From: Octopus vulgaris
Lineage: Eukaryota
DNA length: 64,000 bases
Direction of reading: 5' to 3'
NCBI GenBank assembly: GCA_951406725.2
Contig: OX597815.1
Coordinates: 147,374,001-147,438,000 of the forward strand
This document shows, in pieces, positions 12,626-26,034 of the stretch. The notes below the pieces were generated by a model. That model ran no database searches, was not told the origin of the DNA, and worked only from the letters and a program-made list of their open reading frames with translations. Position 1 is the stretch's first letter. Each line of letters starts with the position of its first letter. A program made the position numbers and the translations under genes.

Positions 12626-14705
12626 GCGTTTGACTTTTACTTTGTATTTGTAAAACTTAGCTCCAAGTCTCACCCAGAGTCCTCAAGAGACAACAAGTCA
12701 GAAGTTCATGCTAGGGGTCATATATGCGGTTTTATACATAGTATTGTTCTAGGTAATTTTTAAGAAACCATAAGAAAATGATAACTTTGTTTTGAAATTT
12801 GAGATTACATAGTGTTTTACGTACGATATGGGCAGTTCCTATCACCACTATCTTTTGAATATCTGCCGTGTTTGGGGTTACCTGTTATTTGAGCTAGATA
12901 GCAATCAGCCCATTTTGGAATTATTCCTACGGCACTTATGAAAACAGGTATTGTTTAGGACTTGAGGTTCCACAATTTGCCAATTTCTATTTCAAGATCT
13001 TTATATTTACTCAGTTTTTGGTAAGTCTTGACTCGTTTATATCGATTTTGACAATCATATCAATGAGGAGGCATGATTTTTGCCTGAAGTCTTTCAATAT
13101 AATGCCTACCCTATTTGCACCTATCTTTCTGTCAGTTTGAACGGTGAAGTTCCAGAGGAGTGAGATGAGCTCATTTCCAAACATTCGATGTGGTTTGTGT
13201 TCCCACAATTTTTTATCATGTGGCAGGTCCATGTTTTTGCAAATTACCCAGTGAATATATAGTACTACTCTATCAAGCATGTTGTGATACTATATAGGCG
13301 CAAGAAGGCTGCACATGCAGACAACATGATCAATGGTTTTTTTGTTGTTGTTTACATACACGACAAGTGGGGCTACTGCCATTATTTAATATGTTGGTCT
13401 GGTAGTTTCTTTGTAGGTAGGTAGGCATTGATATTGGGCTGCTATGTTTAAACCCTTTTGTTTCATATTTTACTCCACAAGACACTCACAATTGATGGGT
13501 AAGTGCTTTGCCAACAACGGCACCATTAGCTCTCATTCGGAGTTTGCCTTTCAGATGTTTTTCTTGTATTCAGTTAGAATATTTAAGGCAGCAACTTTAG
13601 CACGGGTTTTCATACGGTTGGCTTTTTATCTGCTTGTTTCTAGTACGTCTAATTGTGGAATTTGTTGTATTTCGAATTCACTTAGATATTCCTTTGCTTG
13701 TTTTGTTACTAAGTCTGATGCTTTCTCTTTTCCATGCTTTGAGACAAGTTTTAAGATCCAATTATCAGAGATTTTCAGGTAGGTGTCTAGGCCATTTGTC
13801 ACAATCTTCATTGTTAATTACAGTTGTAAAATTCTACGGCCACCCTCTTTTCTTGGCAGGTAAAGTCGTTCTACATCTACGTTAGTGTGATGCACTGTAA
13901 AGAATTATCGTATTTTTCTGTCAAAATTACAAATTTCATTAAATGACCAGTTAATGATATTGAAACTGTAAGTCACGACCCGTGTGGCTAAAGTATTGAT
14001 CGCTTCGATCCTGTTTCTTGCATTCAGCTCTGTCTCACCCTGTGATAACATTCTCTTCGGATCCTTTCCCACATCACTGAATCTTTGATTCCGTCCCCTT
14101 CAAATACCTCTTGATATTTGTAGCTCTCTTCTGGTTCTAACGCCTTTATGGCATTCTGTTGGTCAAGATTAACGTTGGATGTTTCTGTCCTTTTTCCATT
14201 GATAAAGGTAGCTTTCACACATTTAGCGAGGCCAGATTGTATCTTGATGACTTCACTGAATTGTTTAACAATCGCTAGTAAACCCTGTCGTTGTTGGTAA
14301 TTTTTTGCAAAGAGCTTTAAATTACCCATCTAAATGGGATGAATTATATTTTTATAAAAAATGTTGTAGCCGTATTGTACATCATCGACCAATTTCGAGA
14401 GAGACATTAAGGCTAGAACAATGAGGAGTGGTGATAGAGTCACCCTGGAAAATTTAACATGATGTAAATCTTACATCACCAGCATTAAGAGATTCATTGT
14501 CATTGTTCAAAGTCAGTGTTGTTCTCCATGATATCATACTTACAGACAAGAAGTTTCGCAGAGTAGGTGCTATTTGATACGTTTCCAGACACTTCACATT
14601 CCAGCTATGTGGTTGACGATCAAAAGCTTTTTTATAGTCTAACCAGGCTATAGACAAGTTTTTTGTGTCGTTTGTGACAATCTTCTAAGATCATCTTATT
14701 AATAA
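12625..14705 (-). mobile_element. 5'-truncated, decayed R4/Dong-type non-LTR retrotransposon (RT + CCHC + RLE endonuclease)
   Basis: RT motifs SIAWLDYKKAFD..PHSW and MGNLKLFAK (YMDD-site decayed), zinc knuckle CRVC..TIDHVV..C, RLE region WEHKP..LLWNFTVQTDRKIGANR..CLLID. The 3' end abuts (ATT)n; many stops and frameshifts. Confidence 0.9.
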
Positions 14706-14877
14706 GATTATTATGAATTATCATCCGTATATTATTAATATACACTCAGTAGATTAGACCGTTTGAAAAGAAAAGAATCCTGATATCGGGCTACAGCAAG
14801 TAGCCTTAGATGTCCAGAATCCTTGTATTGGGATACATCAAGTAATCTTAGATTCCAAGAATCCTCCTAGCTGTCTC
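14706..14877 (+). mobile_element. Probable short 3' end of another (TAA)n-tailed retroelement
   Basis: Unique segment ending directly in (TAA)n, placed head-to-head with the minus-strand element. No coding motif recognised. Confidence 0.35.
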
Positions 14878-14947
<70 letters not shown>

Positions 14948-14977
14948 TATTATTATTATTATTATTATTACTACTAC
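14878..14977. repeat. (TAA)n directly followed by (TTA)n (self-complementary microsatellite junction)
   Basis: Polarity switches at ~14947. Confidence 0.95.
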
Positions 14978-15804
<827 letters not shown>

Positions 15805-15829
15805 GTTAATATCATTGCATTATTCCGAT

Positions 15830-15990
15830 GCAGCGATCGAGCGAAATCGTTCGCACCCCAGGCGAAGTGGTCTGCGGCATTTCGTCCGTCTTTACAGACT
15901 GTGTTCAAATTTCCCCGAAATCACTGGGATTAATGTAGTCGACTTAACCCTCTCTCGAAAATGCTGGCCTTGTGCCAAAATTAGAAAGCA
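15830..15990 (+). mobile_element. Decayed SINE family B
   Basis: GCATTTCGTCCGTCTTTAC..GTTCAAAT..GGCCTTGTGCCAAAATTAGAAA, with an internal deletion. Confidence 0.7.
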
Positions 15991-16627
15991 TTATCGCATC
16001 CTGATTTTCATTCTCTTCTTAAATTTTTTCTAACGAATTAATTTCCGTATTGCACTCCTTACCTAATTTACCTACAGATAGGGGTTGTATTTTAAAATCT
16101 AAAAGGAGAAAATCAAACAGAAATTGCAATTTAATCATTGCAATGAATGTTTGTCTGCATTTCCTTTGACATCTAATATGCATATATTCTTTCTTTAAGA
16201 GAGTTTATGGTTTTCAAAAAAACATTTTGTCGATAAACGTTTTGTAATTTTAATTCCTTTCAAGTTCTAAAGCAATTAAAATATAAATTCTTACTTTAAT
16301 ATATTTTCCTTTTAAAATTAAGTGGTATACCATTAATAACTTTTAGTATTCCAATTCTATTGACAGTTTGGAACTGTTCTGTTTGAATATGTTTAGAATT
16401 TCTATACATAATTCAATATCTTTTATTATATTTAATTATAATATAATATGTTTTTCTCGCTTTCAGTATATTTTCATTACGTTTCAATTCCTGAAGTCTG
16501 TACCGATTCGAAGGGGAGCAATTATGCATAGGCAGATGAGGGTAAAGACTGAAGTTAATCCAACAATAGCGGTGAATAATATTGCTTCATGATTGTTATA
16601 GTTTTGATAATATTGGTCACAAATTAT

Positions 16628-17025
16628 GGCGGCCGACTGGCAGAATCTTTAGCACGCCGGGCGAAATGTTTAGCGGTATTTCGTCTGCCGCTACGTCCTG
16701 AGTTCAAATTCCGCCGAGGTCGACTTTGCCTTTCATCCTTTCGGGGTCGATTAAATAAGTACCAGTTACGCACTGGGGTCGATGTAATCGACTTAATCCG
16801 TCTGTCTGTCCTTGTTTGTCCCCTCATTGTGTTTAGCCCCTTGTGGGTAGTAAAAAAATAGGCATTTCGTCTGTCTTTACGTTCTGAGTTCAAATTCTAC
16901 CGAAGTCGACTTGCCTTTCATCCTTTCGGGGTCAATGAATTAAGTACCAGTTACGTACTGGGATCGATCTAATTGAATGGCTCCTCCCCAAATATTTTGG
17001 GCCTTGTGCCTAGAGTAAAAAAGAA
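16628..17025 (+). mobile_element. SINE family B (tRNA head + Meta-like domain), two units in tandem (16628-16860 and 16861-17025)
   Basis: A-box-like TGGCAGAATC.TTAG, B-box GAGTTCAAATTCC, and GTCGACTTTGCCTTTCATCCTTTCGGGGTCGATTAAATAAGTACCAG, which resembles the MetaSINE central domain. Confidence 0.9.
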
Positions 17026-17029
17026 TATT

Positions 17030-17230
17030 GGACACAAATTTAAACACAAGGTAATCTACTTTGGGGCAAGATTTAAGTCGATTATATCGACGCCAGTGTT
17101 CAACAGGTTATCGACACCGAAAAACGACAAGCAAAATTGACCTTTCCAGAATTTGAACTCAAAACACAAAGATGGACGAAGTGCTTTGTATTTTCCGGGG
17201 TCAGTGTCGACTCTGGCGTCTTGCAGCCTT
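17030..17230 (-). mobile_element. Decayed SINE family B, inverted relative to the neighbouring dimer
   Basis: CACAAGG..GTCGATTATATCGAC.CCAGTG..GAATTTGAACTCA is the reverse complement of family B. Confidence 0.7.
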
Positions 17231-17963
17231 TATAGATATTTTTGATGATACCAATAATCACCCGTTTTCGACCTTTTCACAAACTTTTATATTCATTTCT
17301 CTCTTTCCTCTTGTTCATTGATTTGGTACTCTTCGCGTATGATATTTTTGTAAATTATCAATTTCCTGTATTTCCCCCTATTTTCATAAAATTGTAATTG
17401 TATAATTATCCCTAATAGAGCGGTTCAATATTTATTAATGAATGGCAAGAATGGTTCTTGCAATATTATTCATCACTCACTGAATAAGTGCCCATTGTTT
17501 GATATATTTAATAATCTATTTGCAGTTATTAATTAATTAATTTCTATATTTCTTCTCTCCACAACCAACGTCTATTAATAAACTGACAGAATCGTTAAAG
17601 CAGCAGGGAAGATGTTTAACCTTATTTGTTCAATATCTTTACATACTTAATTCAAATAAATGTATTTACATATTCAATTAGCATACTTAATGCTCAACTT
17701 GATTTTATCCTTTCGAAATCGATGAAGAAGACTATTGGAGGAGTACTTGATTCGGGAGTAGAAACTGATACGCCACATCAGCAAAAATGCTTGCCTTCTG
17801 ACTAAATCAGAAACCTTTTATGATCTGTGTTCCTCTCTTTGCTCTTTCTGTTGTAATTGGTTCGACAAATTATTTTCACCTCGAAAATCTGCAACACCAA
17901 AATAATGCAAGGGAATTTCGGGCGAATCACAGCCATCTTGGGTTGTATATATATATATATATA

Positions 17964-18032
<69 letters not shown>

Positions 18033-18035
18033 CTG

Positions 18036-21000
18036 TGATCCAGGGGTTCCTCAGGAAAATGGATCACCTACCCCGGTGAATGACCAAGTAGTGAAGGATA
18101 GCGGAGCCAAGGGATCAGAAACCGGAAGCCCCCCTGTACCAGTGGTCCTACGAAAAAATGAAAAATTAGAAAAATTAGAAAAACAGAAGAAAAAAGGAAG
18201 AACCGAAAACAAAAATAAGGAGGGAAAAGGAGGAAAAGGCAAGACAACCAAAGCTGAAACCCCAACACACCACACAAACACCAGAGAACCCAATGGAGGA
18301 TCCAATGCCACCCAGTACACTTCAGGAAAGAAGAAATCTGGAAGGCACCGAAGAACCTGTAAGATCTACCTGCGGGCCAAATGTTGGCATGGTTAGGACG
18401 ACAAAGACTGCCGGTTTGCCCACCCGACACACCGCCAGAACTTCAGGGGACTCAAAGAGAAAAAACTTTACCTAGAGAACACAAGAAATGTCTCCAAGGA
18501 AAACTTTCAAAAACGAAGTGCGCTCCTCAGATGTTCTGCGCAACGCAGCGGCTGAGCAAGAGTCTTTTTTATGCATGGCGGAAAGAATTGTCCTGCAGTT
18601 AACCTGGCTACACCAAGCACACAGAAGGAACCCTGCCCACCACTATGCAAGACCACCACAGTCAACAGACACGAGATGGCCTCCCCTAACGCCTGCATAG
18701 CCGTCACCCCAATACTTTTACTAAATATTGGGGGCCTGTTGCATCAAAATAGAAACAAAATTTCTTTCCTGGGAGATCTTATTGCACGCAATCAAGCCCT
18801 ATGCATAGCACTTCTAAAAACTCACCTCAACCCTGATATAGAGGACGCAGAAGTACACATACCAAACTATGCCATACTGCGAATAGACAGAAGGGAAATG
18901 AGCCATGGTGGAGTTGCTGTATACATCCGAGATGACCTCACATCCCAGGTCTTGATGACATACTCAAATTCGGTATGTGACACCTTAATTGTATACATAA
19001 GACGACATAATATAGTCATATGCAATACATATTACCCACCGGAGGCCCCAAGTCACATAGGCAAGTTTGAAGATTGCCTCACAAGAATTAAAGAAATCCT
19101 CATGAATCTGGAACACCATGTGACCATATTTATTATGGGTGATTTCAACTTCCCCAACGTCAAATGGCCGAAGGTCACTTACTCTCAGGAATGAATCATT
19201 GCAAGCAAGTACAGGTGGAGTCCCTGCTCAACCTCACCAATGCCTTATTCATGGAGCAAGTTGTACTCAAGCCAACTAGGGCGAATAACATTCTGGATCT
19301 CTGCTTCACGAACAATATGGACATCATTCATGATGTGAAAGTGACACCGACATCAGTTTCGGATCACAACATAATAGAGCTGTCTATGTTTGGACCGAAA
19401 GTAACCAGAGACATACACCCTAAAAGAAGCACCCGAAATCTCTCCAATCTGAACTTCCACAAAGCAGATTGGAAATCGATCCAAAAAGAGATCCTCAGAG
19501 AAGACTGGCCGGAATGTCTCTCCACACCAGAGATTGACATGAAACTAGAATGTTTCATGTCTTCTGTGCAAGCCGTATGCCAGAAATATGTCCCAGAGCA
19601 CAAGGCCAAAACAAATAGGAGCAAGATTCCAAGAGACAGGAAGATCCTCATGACACGACGGACGAAGGTTGCAAATCGTCTCAACCAACATCCCAAAAGT
19701 AGCGAAACGTCCCGCCTAAAAACAACACTGGTGGAGATCGAAAAATGGCTGCAACAATCCTATGTAAAGGAGAAAGCAGACGAAGAAGCCTGGGTTATAA
19801 AACACATTAAATCAAACCCAACTGCCTTCTTTCATTACGCGAAAGAAACAGTCTCAGCGCACTACAAGATAGGACCCCTCCTCCAAAAGGATGGCTCCCT
19901 CACAGACAGTCCAACTATGATCAGTGAGATGCTGAATGACCAGTTCGAAAGTGTCTTTACCACCCCGTTGGAACACAGACAAGTGAACGAACCAGTGGAC
20001 TTCCTTGCCGCCTCACCTATAACCATCGAGTCGGTTACTATAGAATGTATTGACATTAGCGAAAAATATGTCCTATTAGCCATAGATGAAGTGGACAGAA
20101 ACTCAGCTGCTGGTCCAGACGGTTTCCCAGCCATCAAAGCGTGTAAGCATGCCCTGGCAAAACCCCTCAAGATTCTCTTCCAGAGCTTTCTTGCGAATGG
20201 CAAACTGCCAAGCAAGCTGAAGGAGGGAATAATATGCCCAATACATAAAGGGGGAAGTAGAGCAGATGCCAAAAACTATAGGCCTATCTCTCTGACTTCA
20301 CACATCAGCAAAGTCATGGAACGGATAGTCAGAAAGAAACTAATCGCATTCCTTGAGGAAAATAACTTGCTGAGTAATACCCAGCATGGTTTTCGACCAG
20401 GTAGGAGCTGCCTGATCCAGCTCTTACAGCATTATGACTGGGTGTTGAGGCAGTTACTCAACAAATCAAATGTGGACGTAATCTACCTTGATTTTGCAAA
20501 AGCTTTTGACAAGGTGGATATGCCACAAACTACGTGACCTCGGCATAGCTGGAAAACTTGGAGTGTGGTTGCATTACTTCCTGAAAGATAGGAGTCAGGC
20601 AGTAGTGGTTAATGGAGCCACCTCTATGAACACACAAATAGTGAGCGGTGTTCCACAGGGCACTGTGTTGGGACCACTGCTTTTTATATTGGCCCTCTCA
20701 GATATGCCCTCAAATGCCCGGATAGCCACTCTGGCCAGCTATGCAGACGATACGAAAGTCTCGCAGAAAATACAGAACCCCAGCGATGTTGCACACCTGC
20801 AGCAGGAGTTGGACTCAATCTACAGATGGGCTGAGAAAAATTTCAGGCCCTGCGCTACCAGCATCCAAAACTGAATATTAAACTTACTGGATACACCGGT
20901 CCACAGGGAATTTCAATCCCAGAGCCAAAGTCTGTGAGGGACCTGGGTATCGACATGAGTGATGATACCTCTTTCCAAGTGCACATTACCAGGATGGCGA

Positions 21001-21697
21001 CAAAGTGCAGACGACTGGCTGGGTGGATCCTAAGAACATTCAGAACCAGAGATAAGGAAACTATGATGGTCCTCTGGCGGACATTCGTCCTCAGTCGCCT
21101 GGATTACTGCTCAGAGCAATGGTCACCCACCAGTGTAAAATTAACAGCGGACCTTGAAGCAATCCAGAGAAGATTCACAAAGAAGATCGTCTCTTTGCAA
21201 CAGCTCAGCTACTGGGAAAGGTTGAAACAGCTAAGACTCTACTCCCTGGAGAGAAGACTGGAGAGGTATGCAGTGATATATGTCTGGAAGATCCTGGAAG
21301 GAATTGTGCCAAATTTTGGCATTGTAAGCTACACCAATACTAGAACGGGACGACACAGCATAGTGCCAAAATCCCAGCAATGCTATCACGCTTCAGGACC
21401 AGCTTCTGCAACAGCCTGGGTTTCAAGGGCCCACAGCTTTTTAATATTCTCCCAAAGAGTCTGAGGAACTTGCACAAAGTAGATGTAGCGGTTTTTAAAT
21501 CAAAGCTGGACATCTTCCTGTCAAGAGTCCCAGATGAACCTACCTCACGGCAAGAGGTGCAAATGAGAGTAGCTGTATAAAACTCCATTCTTCACCAAGT
21601 GCCACATATTAGACGAGGTTCGTCGCAATAACAGTGTAGCCCAAAACGGCGGTGTTACAGCATGGTCGCAGCTCTGAGCTGAAACTAGAAAAAAAAA
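18036..21697 (+). mobile_element. CR1-group (CR1/Zenon/Crack-like) LINE, ~3.66 kb, disrupted by frameshifts
   Basis: Cys/His finger region, APE and RT domains, C-terminal SYWERLKQLRLYSLERR, a 3' stem-loop and an A-tail. (TA)n on both flanks. Confidence 0.92.
18571..21630 (+). pseudogene. LINE APE endonuclease-reverse transcriptase ORF, broken across the 18571, 19164, 20488, 20934 and 21380 frames
   Basis: APE motifs LNIGGL, GGVAVYI, MGDFNFP, PTRANNILDL, SDHNII. RT motifs NYRPISLTS, QHGFRPGRSC, YLDFAKAFDKV, SGVPQGTVLGPLLF, YADDTK. Confidence 0.92.
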
Positions 21698-21899
21698 TTT
21701 ATATATATATATTGTAGTTCATATTTTGTTAAATTATCTTTAAATATCAAGCTCGGTTTAACTCCTAAATATTTCTAATCTACCTTAGCAAAAATTATAT
21801 CACAAATGCAAATATTCCGTTTTACTTCATATAATGTAATACAACATTTCTACATATAATGAAATTATCTCCAGTTTACTTATCTATTTAGTTAATATT

Positions 21900-22288
21900 T
21901 ATATATATAAAGCTGAAGTTGTCTGTGTATAGCAGGTTTGGTAGCCTTCAACTAACACTATCTCCTCCGAGACCCTCTGGCGCAAGTTGACCAAAATTGG
22001 GAGTATGATAGAACAAGGCTTGCTCTTCCTTCCGTAGAAGAAAAAATTCAAATCGGACCTTGTTAATACCAAAAATTATTTACATCAAAAAGGTGCTTTT
22101 TTTCTATGAAAATCCCTACTTTTTTCGATTTTTTTACTGCTGTGTCGCCATTTTTCGGTGTATTTCAACCAGAAAATCGTTCACTTAAAGAGAATAACAA
22201 TCTACATAATGCAAAATTTTTACTTTTCAAAAATTCCAATTCTAAAGGGTCGATACAAACTCGAGCAACGCCGAGCAATACTGCTAGT
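21900..22288 (+). mobile_element. Non-autonomous Helitron-like element
   Basis: Begins TATATATAAAGCTGAAG. Ends with the GC-rich hairpin CTCGAGCAACGCCGAG followed ~8 nt later by CTAG|T. Confidence 0.6.
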
Positions 22289-22506
22289 CATTAATAATTA
22301 TAGACATATTACGCTACATTATAACAAATACTGAATATACGCACCCATATATTCTACTACATTTTATTTCTTATTTTTATTTCTTTATTCGCTCGTTCAA
22401 CATTTATTTTTATTTGACCTGATTAATTTTAGGTATTAAACTTCCCATAACAAAACAATAACAACGTAACATTTCTGAGAATAAATAAATGAAAAAAAAT
22501 TTTATC

Positions 22507-22935
22507 TTTTCGGTTTGAACGAAAGTTTTAACATAAGTTCTAGGTAACTAAAAAATTTTAAATTTCGTATACTTGTAGAACGTGTTTATAAAAAATCTTT
22601 TTCTCTTGGCTTTAATGAGAATATTCTATAGTTTGTAAGATATTTGTTGTTTTTTTTCTTCAAGTTCTGCAATTTCAACCAATCACTGACCTCTATTGAG
22701 GTAAAAAAACATTCTGTGCCGTGTGAATATGTCCCTCGTTTAAGAAACAGATTGGGTTTATTTACATTTGTGAAGAAAAGAAGATACCCTTCCCTCCACA
22801 CCTAACCCTAATCCTAACCCTAACTAATCCTGACCCTAAAACAGATTGAAATGCAATAGATTGATACTAGGGTCATAATTATGGGTGACAATTTCATATG
22901 ATACCGCTAGGAAAAACTGCCGTTCAAACCGAAAA
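22507..22935. mobile_element. MITE with ~24-bp TIRs, 4-bp TSD and internal telomere-like repeats
   Basis: TTTTCGGTTTGAACG..CGTTCAAACCGAAAA, with TATC immediately on both sides. (CCTAAC/CCTAAT)n at 22801-22838. Confidence 0.85.
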
Positions 22936-23054
22936 TATCCAAAAATTTAACAAATATATATGTTTAAGTGTGAGTGTTTTTATATATATATAAATATATG
23001 TTTTGTCTGAACATATGTACATGAGTGTATGTGTAAATACGTATGCATATATAT

Positions 23055-23490
23055 TCTTTCCTACTCTAGGCACAAGCCCCGGAATTTTGGAGGAGCGGGC
23101 AAGTCGATTAGATTGATCACAGTACACAACTGGTACTTCTTATTTAATCGACTCCGAAAGGATGAAAAGCAAAGTCGACATCAGCGGAATTTGAACTCAG
23201 AATGTAATGACAGACGAAATACAGCTAAGCATTCTGCCCAGCGTGCTAACATTGCTTATTTCTTTACTGCCCACAAGGGGCTAAACGTATAGGGGACAAA
23301 AGATGACAGACAAAGGGATTAAGTCGATTACATCTACGGCAGTCCGTAACTGGTATTTAATTTATCGACCGCGAAAAGATGAAAGGCAAAGTCGACCTCA
23401 GCGGAATTTGAACTCAGAACGTAACGGCAGACGAAATATCACTAAGCATTTCGCCGGCGTGCTAAGGTTTCTGCCAGCTCGCCGCCTTCG
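23055..23490 (-). mobile_element. SINE family B, two units in tandem (23253-23490 and 23055-23250)
   Basis: Reverse complement of the 16628 arrangement, with the same two tail types. Confidence 0.9.
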
Positions 23491-23515
23491 TATGCATATG
23501 TATTGAAGTATAAAT

Positions 23516-23559
<44 letters not shown>

Positions 23560-23589
23560 GCACACACAGAAGCACACACACATATATAA

Positions 23590-23760
23590 GAAAACTCAGC
23601 CTTCTCACACTCTATGTCACGCTGAATCTCCCCGAGGACTACGTTACGCGTACATGTATCTGTAGAGTGCTCAACCACTTGCACGTTAATTTTACGAGCA
23701 GGCTGTTCCGTTGATCGGATTAAGTGGGACCTTCGTCGGCGTAGTCGACGGAGTGTCGGG
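23590..23760 (+). mobile_element. SINE-like family C, 3' part
   Basis: CCACTTGCACGTTAATTT.ACGAGCAG..GACGGAGTG is shared with 41660-41900. Confidence 0.7.
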
Positions 23761-23874
23761 TATATGTCTGCACCTGTTCATTTGTCCAGCCTAATTAGAG
23801 ATTCACAGAATCAAAAGATATATATTAATTTTTTATTAATGCATTCATTATTAAATAGGCATTATAATCGTAAA

Positions 23875-24080
23875 ACTGGCAGATTCATTAGCACTCCGCG
23901 GAAAATTCTTACCAATTCTTCGCCTGACTTTTGCGTTCTGAGTTCAGATTCTGTCGGCATTGCCCTTCATGTTTCCGGGTTCGATGAAATAATTGCCAGT
24001 TGAGCACTGGGGGCCAATGTAATTCACAACCCTCTACCACCAAAATTCCAGGCCCTATGTCTATCGTATAAAAGACTATT
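23875..24080 (+). mobile_element. Decayed SINE family B
   Basis: CTGGCAGATTCATTAGCAC..GTTCTGAGTTCAGATTC..CCAGTTGAGCACTGGGG. Confidence 0.75.
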
Positions 24081-24483
24081 ATGTAGTGCTATGAAATGTT
24101 CCATCCTCTATTTTGTTTGCCAACACTTACTTAATAAAAAAAATGTATTATTACTTTTTATCATAAACATTGTTGTCGTTGTTATTTAGCATACTAATAT
24201 AATTGTTACTATTCTTTTTTTTTAACGGTAATCAGTCTCCTAGTGATTGGAGAACAATAGTAGGATAAGTGCAAATGGCTTTGATATTGAGGTGTTGTGA
24301 ACGGTTTTATTTCTTTGAATAGATTTCATTTGACGTTCATGGGCGTCAGGAGAACCGCATCATCCCATCCATGTATTGACATGTTTTGTATTTTATAGGT
24401 ATGTCTTATTTCTCACGCCAACCTTGTTTTTCTTACAGGTTTTTATGTAAACACCCACGCACATCATAACATCTCATTGCAAT

Positions 24484-24578
24484 ACCGACCACTTTTGTTG
24501 ACATCGCTGTGGTAAATAAGATAACGTTATCCTCATCATCTTCATTACTCTTTCCTCCGCTTCCTCCTCCTGTACCTG

Positions 24579-24626
<48 letters not shown>

Positions 24627-25215
24627 TTCATCAACGCCGTCCACTTTTGACATTGCTGTGGCAAATAAGATAACATTATCATCATCAACTTCGTTGCCCT
24701 CCTCTTTCTCCACATCATCATCATCATCATCATCATCTTCATCTTCATCAACGCCGTCTACTTTCGACATCGCTGTGGCAAACGAGAATTCATTATCCCC
24801 ATCATCTGCCTCCTCCACCTCCATATCATCATCTACGACATCTTGATCATCAGCTTGCCCTCCTCCTCCTAATAATCATCATCATCAACGCTGTCCACTT
24901 TTGACGTCTCTATGGCAAATAAGATATCATCATCCTGATCCTCATGACCCACATTATCACCATTGTCTTCCTCATTACCTGCCTCCCCTTCCCCTTCTCC
25001 TTCTCCTGCTCCTCGTCATCATATTCCGCATCATCCCCTTCCCCTCCTTCTCCTCTCCTCCCCATCATCAATGCCGTCCACTTTTGACATCGCTGGGGCA
25101 AATAAAATATCATCCTCAACATCATCCTCATCACCATCCATGTCTTCCATCCCTGCTTCTCCTCCCCCCTCTCATCATAATCATCCAAACCTCTGCCATC
25201 ATTATTCTTCTTCAT
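24484..25215. repeat. Five-unit minisatellite: ~50-bp conserved core separated by variable (CAT)/(CCT) tracts
   Basis: TCAACGCCGTCCACTTTTGACATCGCTGTGGCAAATAAGATA recurs at ~24488, 24631, 24747, 24885 and 25068. Confidence 0.85.
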
Positions 25216-25635
25216 TTATAATATACATCTATATATAGATAGCTAGATAGATTGATAGTTAGGTCGGTAGAATGGTTGAAATACATCCTGGTTTAAATAA
25301 TGTGGTTATTAAAAGAAGTATCTACGCTTACAGTTACTTTGTCTCTCACACAAATGCAATGGAAGTGCACTTGAAAATCTTATGTGTATTGATGGTCTCG
25401 AGTTGTGTGTTGCCGATGATAAACAAGTGAGATATTGTCACAGACAGTGCGCGGATTCTCTCGAGGAAATGATATGAAAATTCGGTATATAAATACACGC
25501 CAAAGCAAGTTTCAGAAGAGACAAATTAATGAAGAGCTAACAAAACATAGAAAATAAAACACTTACTAATATAATAAAAAGAGATAAGAGAATTAAAACA
25601 AACATTTAGTTGCAAATATGTGTGATGTAGACAGT

Positions 25636-25671
<36 letters not shown>

Positions 25672-25957
25672 ACACACACACACACAATCACACACATACA
25701 TACAGCAAGTAAATGAAATATTAGTTTGTGAAGTAATATTATAGACGCGTTAGATTAATACTTAATATAGTGTTAGGTAAATGTACACACTAGAATTATA
25801 GACATCAAATGTATAGGTGTTTCAGCACCACAGTATATACGTACATACTTATACATACATGTATATGTGTATATATATGTGTATATATATATATACATAC
25901 ATACAAATGTATATATGTATATATATATATGTATATCTATCTATCTATCTATATATA

Positions 25958-26034
<77 letters not shown>

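Noticed and set aside
16628-16720. tRNA gene
   Set aside because: The A/B boxes belong to SINE heads; there is no cloverleaf.
22801-22838. Telomere or chromosome-fusion relic
   Set aside because: Short, degenerate and internal to a TIR-bounded MITE.
25440-25520. TATA-like GGTATATAAATA with CpG-containing upstream sequence, a possible promoter
   Set aside because: No supportable downstream exon, and such motifs are expected by chance in AT-rich DNA.
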